From positions 30,001-62,000 of the forward strand of contig NC_015722.1 in the NCBI RefSeq assembly GCF_000219355.1: DNA of 32,000 bases, given 5' to 3'. The DNA is from Candidatus Midichloria mitochondrii IricVA. Lineage in GTDB: Bacteria > Pseudomonadota > Alphaproteobacteria > Rickettsiales > Midichloriaceae. Below are positions 9,360 to 19,097 of this stretch, piece by piece (the first letter of the stretch is position 1; each line of letters starts with the position of its first letter). A program made the position numbers and the translations under genes. The notes below the pieces were generated by a model. The model made no database searches. It saw only the letters and a program-made list of their open reading frames with translations, and was not told the origin of the DNA.

Positions 9360-10181
9360 ATGATGATACAAGGAATTATAGAATTAGTAGGAAAGTACAA
9401 CTTATTTCTTATTGATCTATACGGTGTTATGCATGATGGAATAAACCATTTCGAAAAAGCAGCAGAAGCGGTAAACTATTTAAGAGATGAAGGTAAAAAA
9501 GTTATCTTTTTTTCTAATACTCCGAGGCCCAAAGAGGATGTAGAGCGAAAATTAATTGGCATGTCTCCTAAGCTTAAAGATTTTGAAATAGTGACTTCGG
9601 GAGAATTCTTTAAATACACGCTTCGGCATCCTAAAAAATACGATCTAGACTTTTTAAGCCAGTACGCCTTCCCTTTAAGCAATAATTTAGATCATCCATT
9701 GCTTACCATTCCTAATCTAAAAATCACTAACTCTATAGAAACCGCAAGCTACTTATTAATTATAGCCTCCGTTAAAAATAAAGCTGATTTATCAATGTTT
9801 GACAGAATATTGGAACAAGCTGTCAAAAGAAATTTGCCATGTATCTGCCCGAATCCAGATTTAGTTGCACGTCAAGGAAAAGATATAATATATACAGCTG
9901 GCTCTTTTGCCTTAAAATACAAAGAATTAGGAGGTAATGTTTACTATATGGGAAAACCAGAAAATAATTTTTATAAATTTGCTCTGGACAATAATAATAT
10001 TATTACTCAATATGTGTTAGCTGTAGGAGATAATTTATATACAGATATCAAAGGAGCTAATGGTTCTGGTTTGGATTCTCTTTTTGTAAAAAACGGCGTG
10101 TGCGATAAAGATGATGTTAATACTTTAATGAACATTGGGCTAAAACCCACTTACATCATTGATGACTTTAAACTTAAATAA
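9360..10181 (+). CDS. HAD-superfamily subfamily IIA hydrolase (TIGR01459-like)
   Basis: 273-aa intact ORF. Motif I-like LFLIDLYGVMHDG, motif II FFSNTPR, and C-terminal GKPE...VLAVGDNLYTDIKGA (motifs III/IV). Confidence 0.8.
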   Translation: MMIQGIIELVGKYNLFLIDLYGVMHDGINHFEKAAEAVNYLRDEGKKVIFFSNTPRPKEDVERKLIGMSPKLKDFEIVTSGEFFKYTLRHPKKYDLDFLSQYAFPLSNNLDHPLLTIPNLKITNSIETASYLLIIASVKNKADLSMFDRILEQAVKRNLPCICPNPDLVARQGKDIIYTAGSFALKYKELGGNVYYMGKPENNFYKFALDNNNIITQYVLAVGDNLYTDIKGANGSGLDSLFVKNGVCDKDDVNTLMNIGLKPTYIIDDFKLK

Positions 10182-10195
10182 AATTAGGATTTGAA

Positions 10196-11628
10196 ATGAC
10201 TTTCAAGACTTTGGCTGAATTAAATATTCAATTAAATAATATAGGCAACCACAACTTCAATAACGAAAAGGAAGCTATTCATAAGCTAATGAAAGAAATT
10301 AAGCTCTCAGAAGCTCAACTTCATATCATTCCAAGAAAGAGCAGGAATTTATGCAGAGGCAATCAGGACATCAAGTACTCACGGGGTTGAAAATTTTATT
10401 AAGGAATATATAACTTAACTTCCTAAGAGAAATCGCAGTAATGTGTTTAGCAGAAGCTCTTCTTCGAATGCCTGACAATGATACTGCTAATGAACTGGTT
10501 AAGGATAAGTTACAAAATAAGGGCTGGAAAAAGTACCTGGAAAATAGTCACTCTTTATTCGTCAATGCATCTTCCTGGGGACTATTTTAACAGGTAAATT
10601 GGTTGATTTAAGTACTTTTCCAGATTTTAGCTCAACCAGACTAATCGGCAAACTGGGAGAACCCGTACTGCCTCCTGCTATCAAAAAGGCAATTCATATT
10701 ATACCTCTAATGAATTCATCATGGGAGATATTAGCAGTGGAATAAAAAACGCTTTATCCCTTGCAAAAGAAAGGTTATCGAATGTCATATGACATTTACG
10801 AATATTTAAAAGCTATTAAGAGCATCAGCTCCCACGTGCTGGAAGAGAAAGAAATATATGCGCAACTAAGCATTTCAGTAAGATTATCAGCATTGCATCC
10901 AAGGCTTGCATTAACACAAATAACCCGCGTATTCATTCTCAGTTTGCAATTCCATAGCGCGTATACACGGTTGCAGCTATTCAAGAAATGGCCAGGGAGC
11001 TTGATTTTGAATTCCAGAAACTACATAGGATGGGCGCAGTACTTCCTATCAGAATTGCAGAAACAAAACTAGCTGGCGTCAAAAGGTTGGTAAGCCCGCT
11101 AGAAATTTTTGGCTCGAATAGAAAAAGTGCGCAAGGATACGATATTGGAATAAAAAAAGATTACGATGATATTGTGAGTAATTTAAACAAATATTCCAAT
11201 CAGTACCATAAAATCTCCTCTTTAATAAAGGGCAATCCTACAGTTAAAACTCCTAAAGATTTTAAGATACTCAAGCCTTCCTCTTTAGAAAAAATAGGGG
11301 TTTTTGATAAAGCGTCAATCGATGAAATTAAAAAAGCGCTTGCCCTATCACATCAGGCATTTCATTCTTGGTCCTCCGTTCCAGTAGAAAAAAGAGCTAA
11401 AGTTATTGAAAAATTTGGCGATCTACTACATGAAAATAGGTATTTCTTCTATTCACTTTTAATTCGTGAAGCAGGCAAAAACATCAAAGATAGTACAGCT
11501 GAAGTCAGAGAAGAAATAGACTTTGCAAGATATTACGCTCAAAGAGCTAGAGAATTACTCTCTAAGCCTCTACAAATGCCAGGGTTATACCGGAGAAATC
11601 AATAGCTTTAGCACGGAAGAGGGTGGAT
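10196..11628 (+). pseudogene. putA: Bifunctional proline dehydrogenase / P5C dehydrogenase (PutA), multiply frameshifted and truncated by IS982
   Basis: Fragments in three frames: HGVENFIKEY.., MCLAEALLRMPDNDTANELVKDKLQNKGWKKYLENSHSLFVNASSWGL, ISVRLSALHPR, EFQKLHRMG. The start of the aldehyde dehydrogenase domain follows (WSSVPVEKRAKVIEKFGDLLHENRYFFYSLLIREAGKNIKDSTAEVREEIDFARYY ... GYTGEIN). Homology ends at the IS982 junction near 11625. Confidence 0.8.
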
Positions 11629-12431
11629 TTGTCAAATCTCTTTCAATTGTCCGATGGCTGTTTCAATCAATCCACGCCCTGCAAGAAGCAGTTGTTTAAA
11701 AGCCGCAAGCGGGTTTTGTTTTTCTTAAGCCGTGTGATGAGCTCAATACCTTGATTGCTCAGTGTTTTTGCTTATATACCACCGATCTCCGAATAGAAGG
11801 CCTGTCAAATATTGAGTCAGTTTTTCGACAACGGCTCGATCATCTGTATTACCCGAAGTCAGTGTGAATGACATAATCTCTCCTTGATCATTGAGGCCAA
11901 AGAACCATCCGGGTCGACGTTTTCCCACGCTGAGCGGTGCCTTTAAAGGCCTTATTACTGCTAGTACGTGAGTTATGACAAACCTTCCAGCTTTTTGTTG
12001 AGTCAACGTACCTGTTTGTTTCCCTTTGCAGCAATTCAGCAGAATGACCAACGGAATGACCGCGTCCTCGCATCAGCTCAACAAAGCGATTGTAGCTGAT
12101 AAGCTTCGGCAATCCCTCTCTGAGAGAGATTTGAACACAGTTTAGGTAAAAATCTTTGATCCGGTAATGCCCTCAAATGAAACAAAACGAGGATCGTTAT
12201 AACTTCGGAAAGCATCATCCCAGACTCTCGTTTCCTTTGTCTCTGCGAGTTTCTTAAGGATCTTTGGTACGTGAGTTGTCGCTTGCAAAAATCATCAATC
12301 AAACAAAATATTTCTACTAGGGGAACCACTTTTCTTATTTATCGTGAAATTGAGAAGAACTTAATGGTTATACAGCTTCTTTAAGACCATATCAGGTAAT
12401 TTCTTTAAAACTTACCTCAAACTGGGGTTAA
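11623..12431 (-). mobile_element. IS982-family element lacking about 130 bp of its right end, transposase frameshifted
   Basis: Collinear with 6710-7519. Track ORFs 12078..12329, 11888..12112 and 11743..12051 are frames of the same transposase. The left terminus cttacctcaaactggggttaa lies at 12411-12431. Confidence 0.85.
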
Positions 12432-12527
12432 GAAAAACACCTTCTCAGGGCTCTTTGTGTCTTCAAACCCGATATATCTCGTGGAAAAATAGGTTCGCGG
12501 GCCTACTCCTTACGTCAAACTGAGGTT
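12432..12527 (+). mobile_element. IS982-family right-end fragment of about 96 bp (outer partner of the nested pair)
   Basis: gaaaaacaccttctcagggctc...cttacgtcaaactgaggtt shows the same junction and internal deletion as 7520-7610. Confidence 0.8.
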
Positions 12528-12562
12528 AACTTATAGAATACTAATAATTTTTAGAGAAGATT

Positions 12563-12596
12563 AAAAAAACAGCGGAGGTAATTCCGCTGTTTTTTA
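12563..12596. terminator. Bidirectional rho-independent terminator hairpin
   Basis: The stem acagcgga (12569-12576) pairs with tccgctgt (12583-12590) across a 6-nt loop. It is flanked by A7 on one side and T6 on the other, and lies 12 bp beyond the stop of the minus-strand OMP gene. Confidence 0.7.
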
Positions 12597-12607
12597 CGAA
12601 TGAAAAT

Positions 12608-13485
12608 TTAGAAACCGACCCTAATTCCTAATAAAGCACCTGCAGACCAGTTTGCTTTCTTTTCAAGCCCTGCATTCTGTCTAACAAGATAAGCTTTTTT
12701 TGTCAGCATATGCTAATGGAATTTTTCCCGCCGCCATTTTAGCTGGCTTTGCTATTGAAAGCTTGTTGTTATGCTGGGCAAATAGCCTCAAGTCAAGGCT
12801 TACAGAGCTGGTAAGATCATAACCCGTCCTAAGATAAAAAGCATAATTCACAAAATCCTTTTTCTTTTTTCCCTTTAATGCTGCTTCATCAAACTTATAA
12901 CTTACCGCAGTAACTGCTAAACCATTAGTTCGCCCGGATACAGTTTTGGGAAAATGCTTCAATTTCAAGCTGAGCACGACTCCAACCAAAGCCTGCCCCA
13001 ATATAAGAGGCAACAGCTGTTGAATTTTCCAGATCCATAAAAGACATTAGCATTAACACCATAACCGCTTAGCTTTGCCCTAGCATCGTATTGCAAATCA
13101 GCTGCTGTCGCATCATTTCCTGTACCTCTGGAAAAAGGTACTTCTTGGGAGGGTGTTATTGCTAACTTCAGCCACATAACGAAAACACCTACCCCAGTTC
13201 TAAAAGAGCCCATATCACAACCAAACCCAAGGTCTATTCCTCCAGTACTTTTCGTCTTACTTAGAAAGTTCAAATGTTTTCGTTGGAGTTGCAGGTGTAT
13301 TGATTGCCGCAGCTCGAACGGTAGCACTAGAAGAGCCGCTTCTACCGGCATTTTCTTGGATGTCTTGGTAAACACTAACTCCTACCTTCAATACCTCCGC
13401 CAATTCCCATATATAAACCTTCCTTTGCAATAGCAGTAGAAGCAATAGACATAGCAGCAACTGCCGCTAAGGAGATTTTTTTCAT
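12608..13485 (-). pseudogene. Outer-membrane beta-barrel protein (Omp25/porin-like, PF13505-type), frameshifted
   Basis: Signal peptide MKKISLAAVAAMSIASTAIAKE, then GLYMGIGGG. Alternating beta-strand fragments are spread over three frames (track ORFs 13257..13460, 12965..13375, 12681..13013). The C-terminus ..NWSAGALLGIRVGF ends in the aromatic residue typical of barrel proteins. Confidence 0.7.
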
Positions 13486-13886
13486 AACCTTCCTCACTTT
13501 TTAGTTAAAAATACTTCACACAACAAAAATAATATTTAAATAACAATATATTAAACGCAACATCTCGTGTTAAGGTGGGATAAATATGTCTCGGAGAGTT
13601 GCTTTTTTGCAACATATTAAAGTAAGTTTTTTAATAAATTAACACCGTTGCTACCAAAATATTGTTCTGAGGTCTAAGTCATTATTATAGGAGTGGTTGA
13701 GGCAGCGGTGTGTTTGTGTTATGATCGATAGCTCCTCTAGCTTTTGATTGTTAGAGGAGGCTAAAGATAGATTATAAAAAGTGGTTAAGATAATAGTTTG
13801 AGGGATGATCTGTAGAGTTTTTTGTAGTAGCAAAACTTTGCAAAGGGTTTATAAGATTTTGTTTATAAGTAGAGGGTGCAAAATTA

Positions 13887-14955
13887 TGGCAAAAGATAGG
13901 ATATTCATCTTTAATGAGGATGGTAAAATTGTAGAAGTAAGCGATGAGGAGGACGATAGAAGTTTAGTTGATGCCTCATCGTTAATGCGTGATTTATGCA
14001 GGGGCTTGTAAAAGATAAAGGAGTTTCTTTAATAGAGTATATCATAAGTCCAGTAAAGAGGGCATTTACTGGAAAGTCTTACACAGAACTGGCAACGGAT
14101 CAAAATAAATCTACTGTTTTAGAGATAGATAATATATCTGATAAAGAAAGGTCCTTGATTAATATAGAAAATGGATACTTTGAATCAATATTTACCCAGC
14201 TAATTTTACTAAAGAGAGCCGCTGAAAATAAATTAAAGTCAGTATTCATGTGGTTGGGTTTATTAAAGAACGAAGTAAAAGGGGAATTACAGAAAGACCT
14301 GGCAAATTTTGATAAGCTCTCAGAAGGTAGTTGGTTAACAGATGAAAGTATCCGGCAACTTGATCAAATAAAATATAGTGACATGTATGATATACATACC
14401 CGTAATAATAAGCAGTGATTCAAGGCGAAGAAGAACTGAAGCAGGCTGTAAAAGAGTTTCGAACCGTGGAAAGCAAGTACGGTGATCTGTTAATTTGAAT
14501 AATTCTCATTGGGTTGCCTTGGTCCTTTCCTGTAAAGATAAGGTATATCAAGCCTACTTTGCTAACTCATTTGGTGGTGATATACCTGATGCTATCAATG
14601 AAATTTTACAGCCGCAGATTGAGTAAAGAATGTTCATAATCTTAGTATTAAATAACAATCAGATGGCTATAATTGCGGATTATGGGTGTTAGAAAATGCT
14701 AGAGATATTAATGAAATGCTAAGAGAGAATAGATCGGTGGAATGGCTTAAAGAAAAATTTGAGATTCCAAGAGATGAAGATTATTTTCTTGATATTAGGC
14801 GAAACTATTTAGAGGAGATAAATCAGCGAGATGAAGGAGATACTGCACTAACCCAAGTTACTTCTCCTGTGGAGGATTGCGTGGATAAGGAGCAATTATC
14901 TCTTTTATATAATCAGGATTATCAATTATTACCTTTATGTAATGAAGATTTTTAA
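13887..14955 (+). pseudogene. CE-clan (Ulp1/C48-like) cysteine protease, deubiquitinase/deSUMOylase-type effector candidate; disrupted by frameshifts and an in-frame TAA
   Basis: Ordered catalytic motifs: NLNNSHWVALVL (His codon 14506-14508), YFANSFGGD (Asp/Asn position), K-TAA-QSDGYNCGLWVLENA (stop at 14653-14655 next to the oxyanion Gln; Cys codon 14674-14676). The N-terminal and C-terminal parts lie in other frames (track ORFs 13805..14011, 13996..14418, 14686..14955). Confidence 0.65.
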
Positions 14956-14982
14956 GCCCTCGTTCCAGACTTTTGCGACTAG

Positions 14983-16209
14983 CTATGGGATATCATTGAG
15001 GGACTCTTCCATATCAATAATATCTTCTTGCATTTTTTTTGATAAGGGTGCTTTTTGCTGCTGGATCAGTTTTAAAAAATATTTTGCTTTGACTTTATCT
15101 TCGAGAAAGAGAGCAGCTTTTGCTGAATATAGGTAAGACTCTAATCTATGTCCTAGTTTGGCTTTTGCTAAAGCTGTTTTTCCTAAAACAAAACCATCAA
15201 CTTTTTTGTCGGTAAATTGACTTAATAAATTTTCAGCCTTTTTCCAATCGCTCTGGGTGGGTGAAGTAAGCAAGGCAGAAATTAACTTTTTCTTCAGGAG
15301 ATCGGATTCAGGTAATAAATCAACTGCTTGTTTATAGAGGAATATAGCGGTGATTATTTCACCCTTTTCAAGCGTAATTTGAGCTTTGAGCTCGTAGAAA
15401 TAAGGGTTTTTGGGATAAGTCCTAATTAATTTACCAAGCTTTTCTAAACTTGCTCCTATGTTGTGTTTTCTATAATCTGCAACACATTTAGCATATAAGC
15501 TTTCGCTAGATTCATAATTATAAGTACGCAGTACTTGTTCCCTATCCCAAATGAAGCCTATAACTTTAGCTTTCATCATATTATAAGAGTGTAGAAAGCT
15601 TCTGTTATTTAACAAAAGATTAGTATTTTTGACGTGTATACCTGATAAATAATTAACTCTTTCATTGATACCGGGATGAGTTTTATACAGACCTGCATTC
15701 AGTTGTACATGACCGCTTTTAATCTTTTTTAGTACGTTTATTAGTCCTTCGATTGGAATGCCTAGCTTCTTCATAAAGATAACTGCCATTTTGTCAGCGG
15801 CATGCTCTTGCATTATTGAATATTGCGACAAACGATAGAAAAAAATAGTAGGCAAGATAGATTTTTTGATTGCTTCCCTTACTTCTTCTGCCCTTTTATT
15901 GTGATGATTCAAGGTGATATGTGCGGTTTCATGAGCTAGCACTCCCATGACTTCTATGAGACTGCTTGTTTCGCTAATTAGGCCTAAGTTAATAAAGATA
16001 TTACCGGTATCTAAGACAAATGCATTAATGCTGTTATCTTTAATAAGAGTAATTTTAATATTAGATTTATCAAGCCCAGCCACTTCAAATATTGGCTCAG
16101 ACATTTTTTTGATAATATCCTCGACTTCTGGATCACTCATTAATTCAGTAGCTAGCCCATTATAACTAACAAAAAAGATTATAATAAATATTAAAAATCT
16201 CATTTTCAT
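14983..16209 (-). CDS. M48-family zinc metalloprotease with C-terminal TPR repeats (BepA/YfgC-like)
   Basis: 408-aa intact ORF with a signal peptide MKMRFLIFIIIFFVSYNGLA and the HEXXH site VLAHETAHITLNHH. Also GLYKTHPGINERV, and a TPR-like C-terminal half (YFYELKAQITLEKGEIITAIFLYKQAVDLLP). Confidence 0.85.
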   Translation of the reverse strand: MKMRFLIFIIIFFVSYNGLATELMSDPEVEDIIKKMSEPIFEVAGLDKSNIKITLIKDNSINAFVLDTGNIFINLGLISETSSLIEVMGVLAHETAHITLNHHNKRAEEVREAIKKSILPTIFFYRLSQYSIMQEHAADKMAVIFMKKLGIPIEGLINVLKKIKSGHVQLNAGLYKTHPGINERVNYLSGIHVKNTNLLLNNRSFLHSYNMMKAKVIGFIWDREQVLRTYNYESSESLYAKCVADYRKHNIGASLEKLGKLIRTYPKNPYFYELKAQITLEKGEIITAIFLYKQAVDLLPESDLLKKKLISALLTSPTQSDWKKAENLLSQFTDKKVDGFVLGKTALAKAKLGHRLESYLYSAKAALFLEDKVKAKYFLKLIQQQKAPLSKKMQEDIIDMEESLNDIP

Positions 16210-16811
16210 ATATTTGTAATCTGGCTCAATGATTTTTTGATTAATTCTTCCAAACTGATTTGTTCATCATTTTTTAAAATCTCAGCTGCAGTTTTAAAGG
16301 CTTCAGACCTAACAAAGCCTAAATTAGCAAGTACTGAAGCAGCATCCAAAGCCATACTTTGACTACCTTCAAGAGGGGTAGCAGCATCGATGAATGAATA
16401 TGCGCCTGTTACTAAAGCTTTTTTATCTTTTAATTCATTAACTATCCTAGCAGCAAGCTTAGGCCCAATACCGCTAACTCTTTTAAAAGCAGTTATATCT
16501 TGCGCTATAATTGCAGCAGTGACCATAGTAGGGGTCATTGAACTCAAAATGGCTAAAGCTACTTTGCCGCCCACGCCTTGGACTGTAATAAGTGCTTCAA
16601 ATAATTGTTTTTCTTCTTTTGAAGTAAATCCAAAGAGAGTTATTTCTCCTTCTTTTACTTGAGTAAACACCCAAAAAGACTTCGTTTGCCCAATTTGTAC
16701 GGCGGCTAGAGCTGAAGAGGGGATATTAAGTACGTATCCGACTCCTGCTACATCAATAATAATTTGCTCTGACTCTATTAAGCAAATTTCTCCGGTTAAT
16801 TTTCCTATCAT
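16206..16811 (-). CDS. ruvA: Holliday junction branch-migration complex subunit RuvA
   Basis: 201-aa intact ORF: MIGKLTGEI...IIDVAGVGYVLNIP, helix-hairpin-helix LITVQGVGGKVALAILS and RVSGIGPKLAARIVNELKDK. Its stop overlaps the M48 protease start by 4 nt. Confidence 0.92.
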   Translation of the reverse strand: MIGKLTGEICLIESEQIIIDVAGVGYVLNIPSSALAAVQIGQTKSFWVFTQVKEGEITLFGFTSKEEKQLFEALITVQGVGGKVALAILSSMTPTMVTAAIIAQDITAFKRVSGIGPKLAARIVNELKDKKALVTGAYSFIDAATPLEGSQSMALDAASVLANLGFVRSEAFKTAAEILKNDEQISLEELIKKSLSQITNI

Positions 16812-16929
16812 TTATACACGTTTTGTATTTTTATATTGCAATAGCTACTTTACAGAAAAAAATTAATCATCCAATAAAAAGGTATTGAAATGTTAATCTA
16901 TTTATAGATAATGAGGCAATATTGAAATT

Positions 16930-17015
16930 GCCCGCATGATGGAATGGTAGACATAACGGACTTAAAATCCGTGGAGAGCGGTCTCTTGCCGGTTCAAGTC
17001 CGGCTGCGGGTACCA
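16930..17015 (+). tRNA. tRNA-Leu, anticodon TAA, class II with long variable arm, CCA encoded
   Basis: Acceptor gcccgca pairs with tgcgggt. Anticodon arm is acgga-ctTAAaa-tccgt, variable arm ggagagcggtctcttgc, T arm gccgg-ttcaagt-ccggc, then a-cca. Confidence 0.9.
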
Positions 17016-17045
17016 TACCCGAGAATTCCCTTTTTGAGGTGACAC

Positions 17046-18317
17046 ATGGCTAAATCACCATTTTTTGCTAATTCTTTAGCTAACGCTGATCCTATTATTT
17101 TTCAACAAATCCAAAATGAATTAGACAGACAACAAGATGGATTAGAGCTTATTGCCTCTGAGAATATAGTTAGCAAAGCTGTATTAGAAGCCCAAGGATC
17201 AATTCTTACGAATAAATATGCAGAAGGATATCCTGGAAAAAGGTATTATGGTGGTTGTCAGTATGTCGATGAAATTGAAAATATTGCAATAGAAAGAGCC
17301 AAGCTTCTTTTTGAGGCACAGTTTGCCAGTGTACAGCCTCACTCCGGGTCTCAAGCCAACCAGGCTGTTTTTCTTGCTTTACTAAAGCCCGGAGATGCAA
17401 TTTTGAGTCTTTCGCTGGATTGCGGAGGTCACCTAACTCATGGCTCACCCGTCAACCAATCTGGAAAATGGTTTCAGGCTATGCACTATACTTTAAATCC
17501 TGAGAATTTTTTGCTTGATTACGATCAAATAAAAAAGTTGGCTTTGGAGCACAAGCCGAAGTTAATTATAGCTGGTTACTCTGCATATCCAAGACAAATA
17601 GACTTTGCTAAATTTAGGGAAATTGCTGATCAAGTTGGCGCGCGGTTAATGGTTGATATGGCGCATATTGCAGGGTTAGTTGCAGTAGGGATTTACGACA
17701 ATCCTCTTAGGTATGCTCATGTGGTGACAACCACTACGCATAAAACATTACGAGGACCACGTGGCGGTATGATTTTAACTAATCACCAAGATATAGCTAA
17801 ATTGATAAATTCAGCTATTTTTCCAGGGTTACAAGGTGGTCCATTAGTACACGTTATTGCTGCAAAGGCAGTTGCTTTGGCTGAAGCATTAAAACCTGAA
17901 TATAAGGACTATATTAGAAATGTTGTAAGTAATTGCAAGATTTTAGCCGATAATTTGCTTCAAAGAGGATGTAGTATTACCACAAATGGTACAGACAACC
18001 ATTTGCTAATAATGGATTTGAGAAAGCAGGGACTTACCGGTAAAGATCTGGAAGAATCGCTCGAAAGAGCTGGATTAACCTGTAATAAGAATAATATTCC
18101 ATTTGATACTCAGAAGCCAACGGTCACTTCTGGTATAAGACTAGGCACTGCGGCATGCACTACTAGAGGCTTACAAGAAGAAGATTTTGTAGAAATAGCA
18201 GATTGGATAGCAGAAATAATTCACTACATGAAGACAGATCCAGAAAACTTAAATCTAGCGGAAATCACAATTAGGCAAAAGGTAAATAATGTGTGCAAAA
18301 GGTATCCTATATACTAA
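17046..18317 (+). CDS. glyA: Serine hydroxymethyltransferase
   Basis: 423-aa intact ORF: [37 protein letters not shown], and the PLP-lysine motif [16 protein letters not shown]. Confidence 0.95.
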   Translation: MAKSPFFANSLANADPIIFQQIQNELDRQQDGLELIASENIVSKAVLEAQGSILTNKYAEGYPGKRYYGGCQYVDEIENIAIERAKLLFEAQFASVQPHSGSQANQAVFLALLKPGDAILSLSLDCGGHLTHGSPVNQSGKWFQAMHYTLNPENFLLDYDQIKKLALEHKPKLIIAGYSAYPRQIDFAKFREIADQVGARLMVDMAHIAGLVAVGIYDNPLRYAHVVTTTTHKTLRGPRGGMILTNHQDIAKLINSAIFPGLQGGPLVHVIAAKAVALAEALKPEYKDYIRNVVSNCKILADNLLQRGCSITTNGTDNHLLIMDLRKQGLTGKDLEESLERAGLTCNKNNIPFDTQKPTVTSGIRLGTAACTTRGLQEEDFVEIADWIAEIIHYMKTDPENLNLAEITIRQKVNNVCKRYPIY

Positions 18318-18960
18318 TAGTGATAAGCCTCGGTATTTACCTTCTTTTGTAAAGAGGAATAGACTAAAAGGTACAGCAAGAAAAGAGTTAATTAACTCTG
18401 ATTTAGGGGCTTTTTCTTTAAATCCTCAAGATATTGAAGAATATATCTCACCTAATAATGAGCTGAAGTTAGAAATAGGGTTTGGCGACGGTTCTCACCT
18501 TATAAAGCGAGCTCTTTTAGAGCCGACGACGTTATTCATCGGCTGCGAGATATACTTAAACGGTATAGCGAATGTTTTAAAGGCCATTGGACGGTATAAC
18601 ATAAAGAATGTTATGTTGTTTAATGGAGACGCAAGAAATTTACTGGAGCAAGTACCTTGTAACATCTTTACAACGATATATGTACTGTTTCCCGATCCTT
18701 GGCCTAAAAAGAAACATCATAAACGCAGGCTAGTTTCTTTGGAGTTTCTAAATCTGTTAAGAGGTAAACTAAAAACCAATTCTTCCACTATTTTAATTGC
18801 AACTGATCATCAAGATTATGCTCTTTATATACAGCGATTGGTAGAGAATAGTGGGATTAAAAGCGTTATAAGAAAACCAGATGATTGGATCGAAACTAAG
18901 TATCAAATGAAAAGCGCGGCTCTAGGGTTGGATTTTAAATGTTTCCTAATTTATAAATAA
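18289..18960 (+). CDS. trmB: tRNA (guanine-N7)-methyltransferase
   Basis: 223-aa ORF with [10 protein letters not shown] (SAM-binding) and [16 protein letters not shown]. The first ATG overlaps glyA by 29 nt. The true start could be a downstream non-ATG codon. Confidence 0.85.
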   Translation: MCAKGILYTNSDKPRYLPSFVKRNRLKGTARKELINSDLGAFSLNPQDIEEYISPNNELKLEIGFGDGSHLIKRALLEPTTLFIGCEIYLNGIANVLKAIGRYNIKNVMLFNGDARNLLEQVPCNIFTTIYVLFPDPWPKKKHHKRRLVSLEFLNLLRGKLKTNSSTILIATDHQDYALYIQRLVENSGIKSVIRKPDDWIETKYQMKSAALGLDFKCFLIYK

Positions 18961-19097
18961 AGTTTCATTGCTTAGGCTGCAGTAGCTCCGCTAAGTTTTA
19001 GGGTTTAGCAATATTATAGCGTTAGCTATATGATTAACAAAGACTAATACTACCAGGCAATAAAAATAGTTATTGATTTCGTAAACACATATATACT

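Noticed and set aside
9200-9415. Overlapping 61-71-aa ORFs in AT-rich intergenic DNA upstream of the HAD gene. Similar ones lie at 1582..1794, 5621..5836, 13651..13833, 21740..21940, 25130..25339 and 25207..25458.
   Set aside because: They have no motifs and reflect AT-rich codon noise. Several overlap each other on opposite strands or run through repeat elements.
13887-14955. Reading 13805..14011, 13996..14418 and 14686..14955 as three separate small genes, for example a toxin-antitoxin-like cluster
   Set aside because: The pieces are collinear parts of one CE-clan protease-like gene. The catalytic His and Cys motifs fall between and across the ORFs in shifted frames. None of the pieces resembles a known small-protein family.
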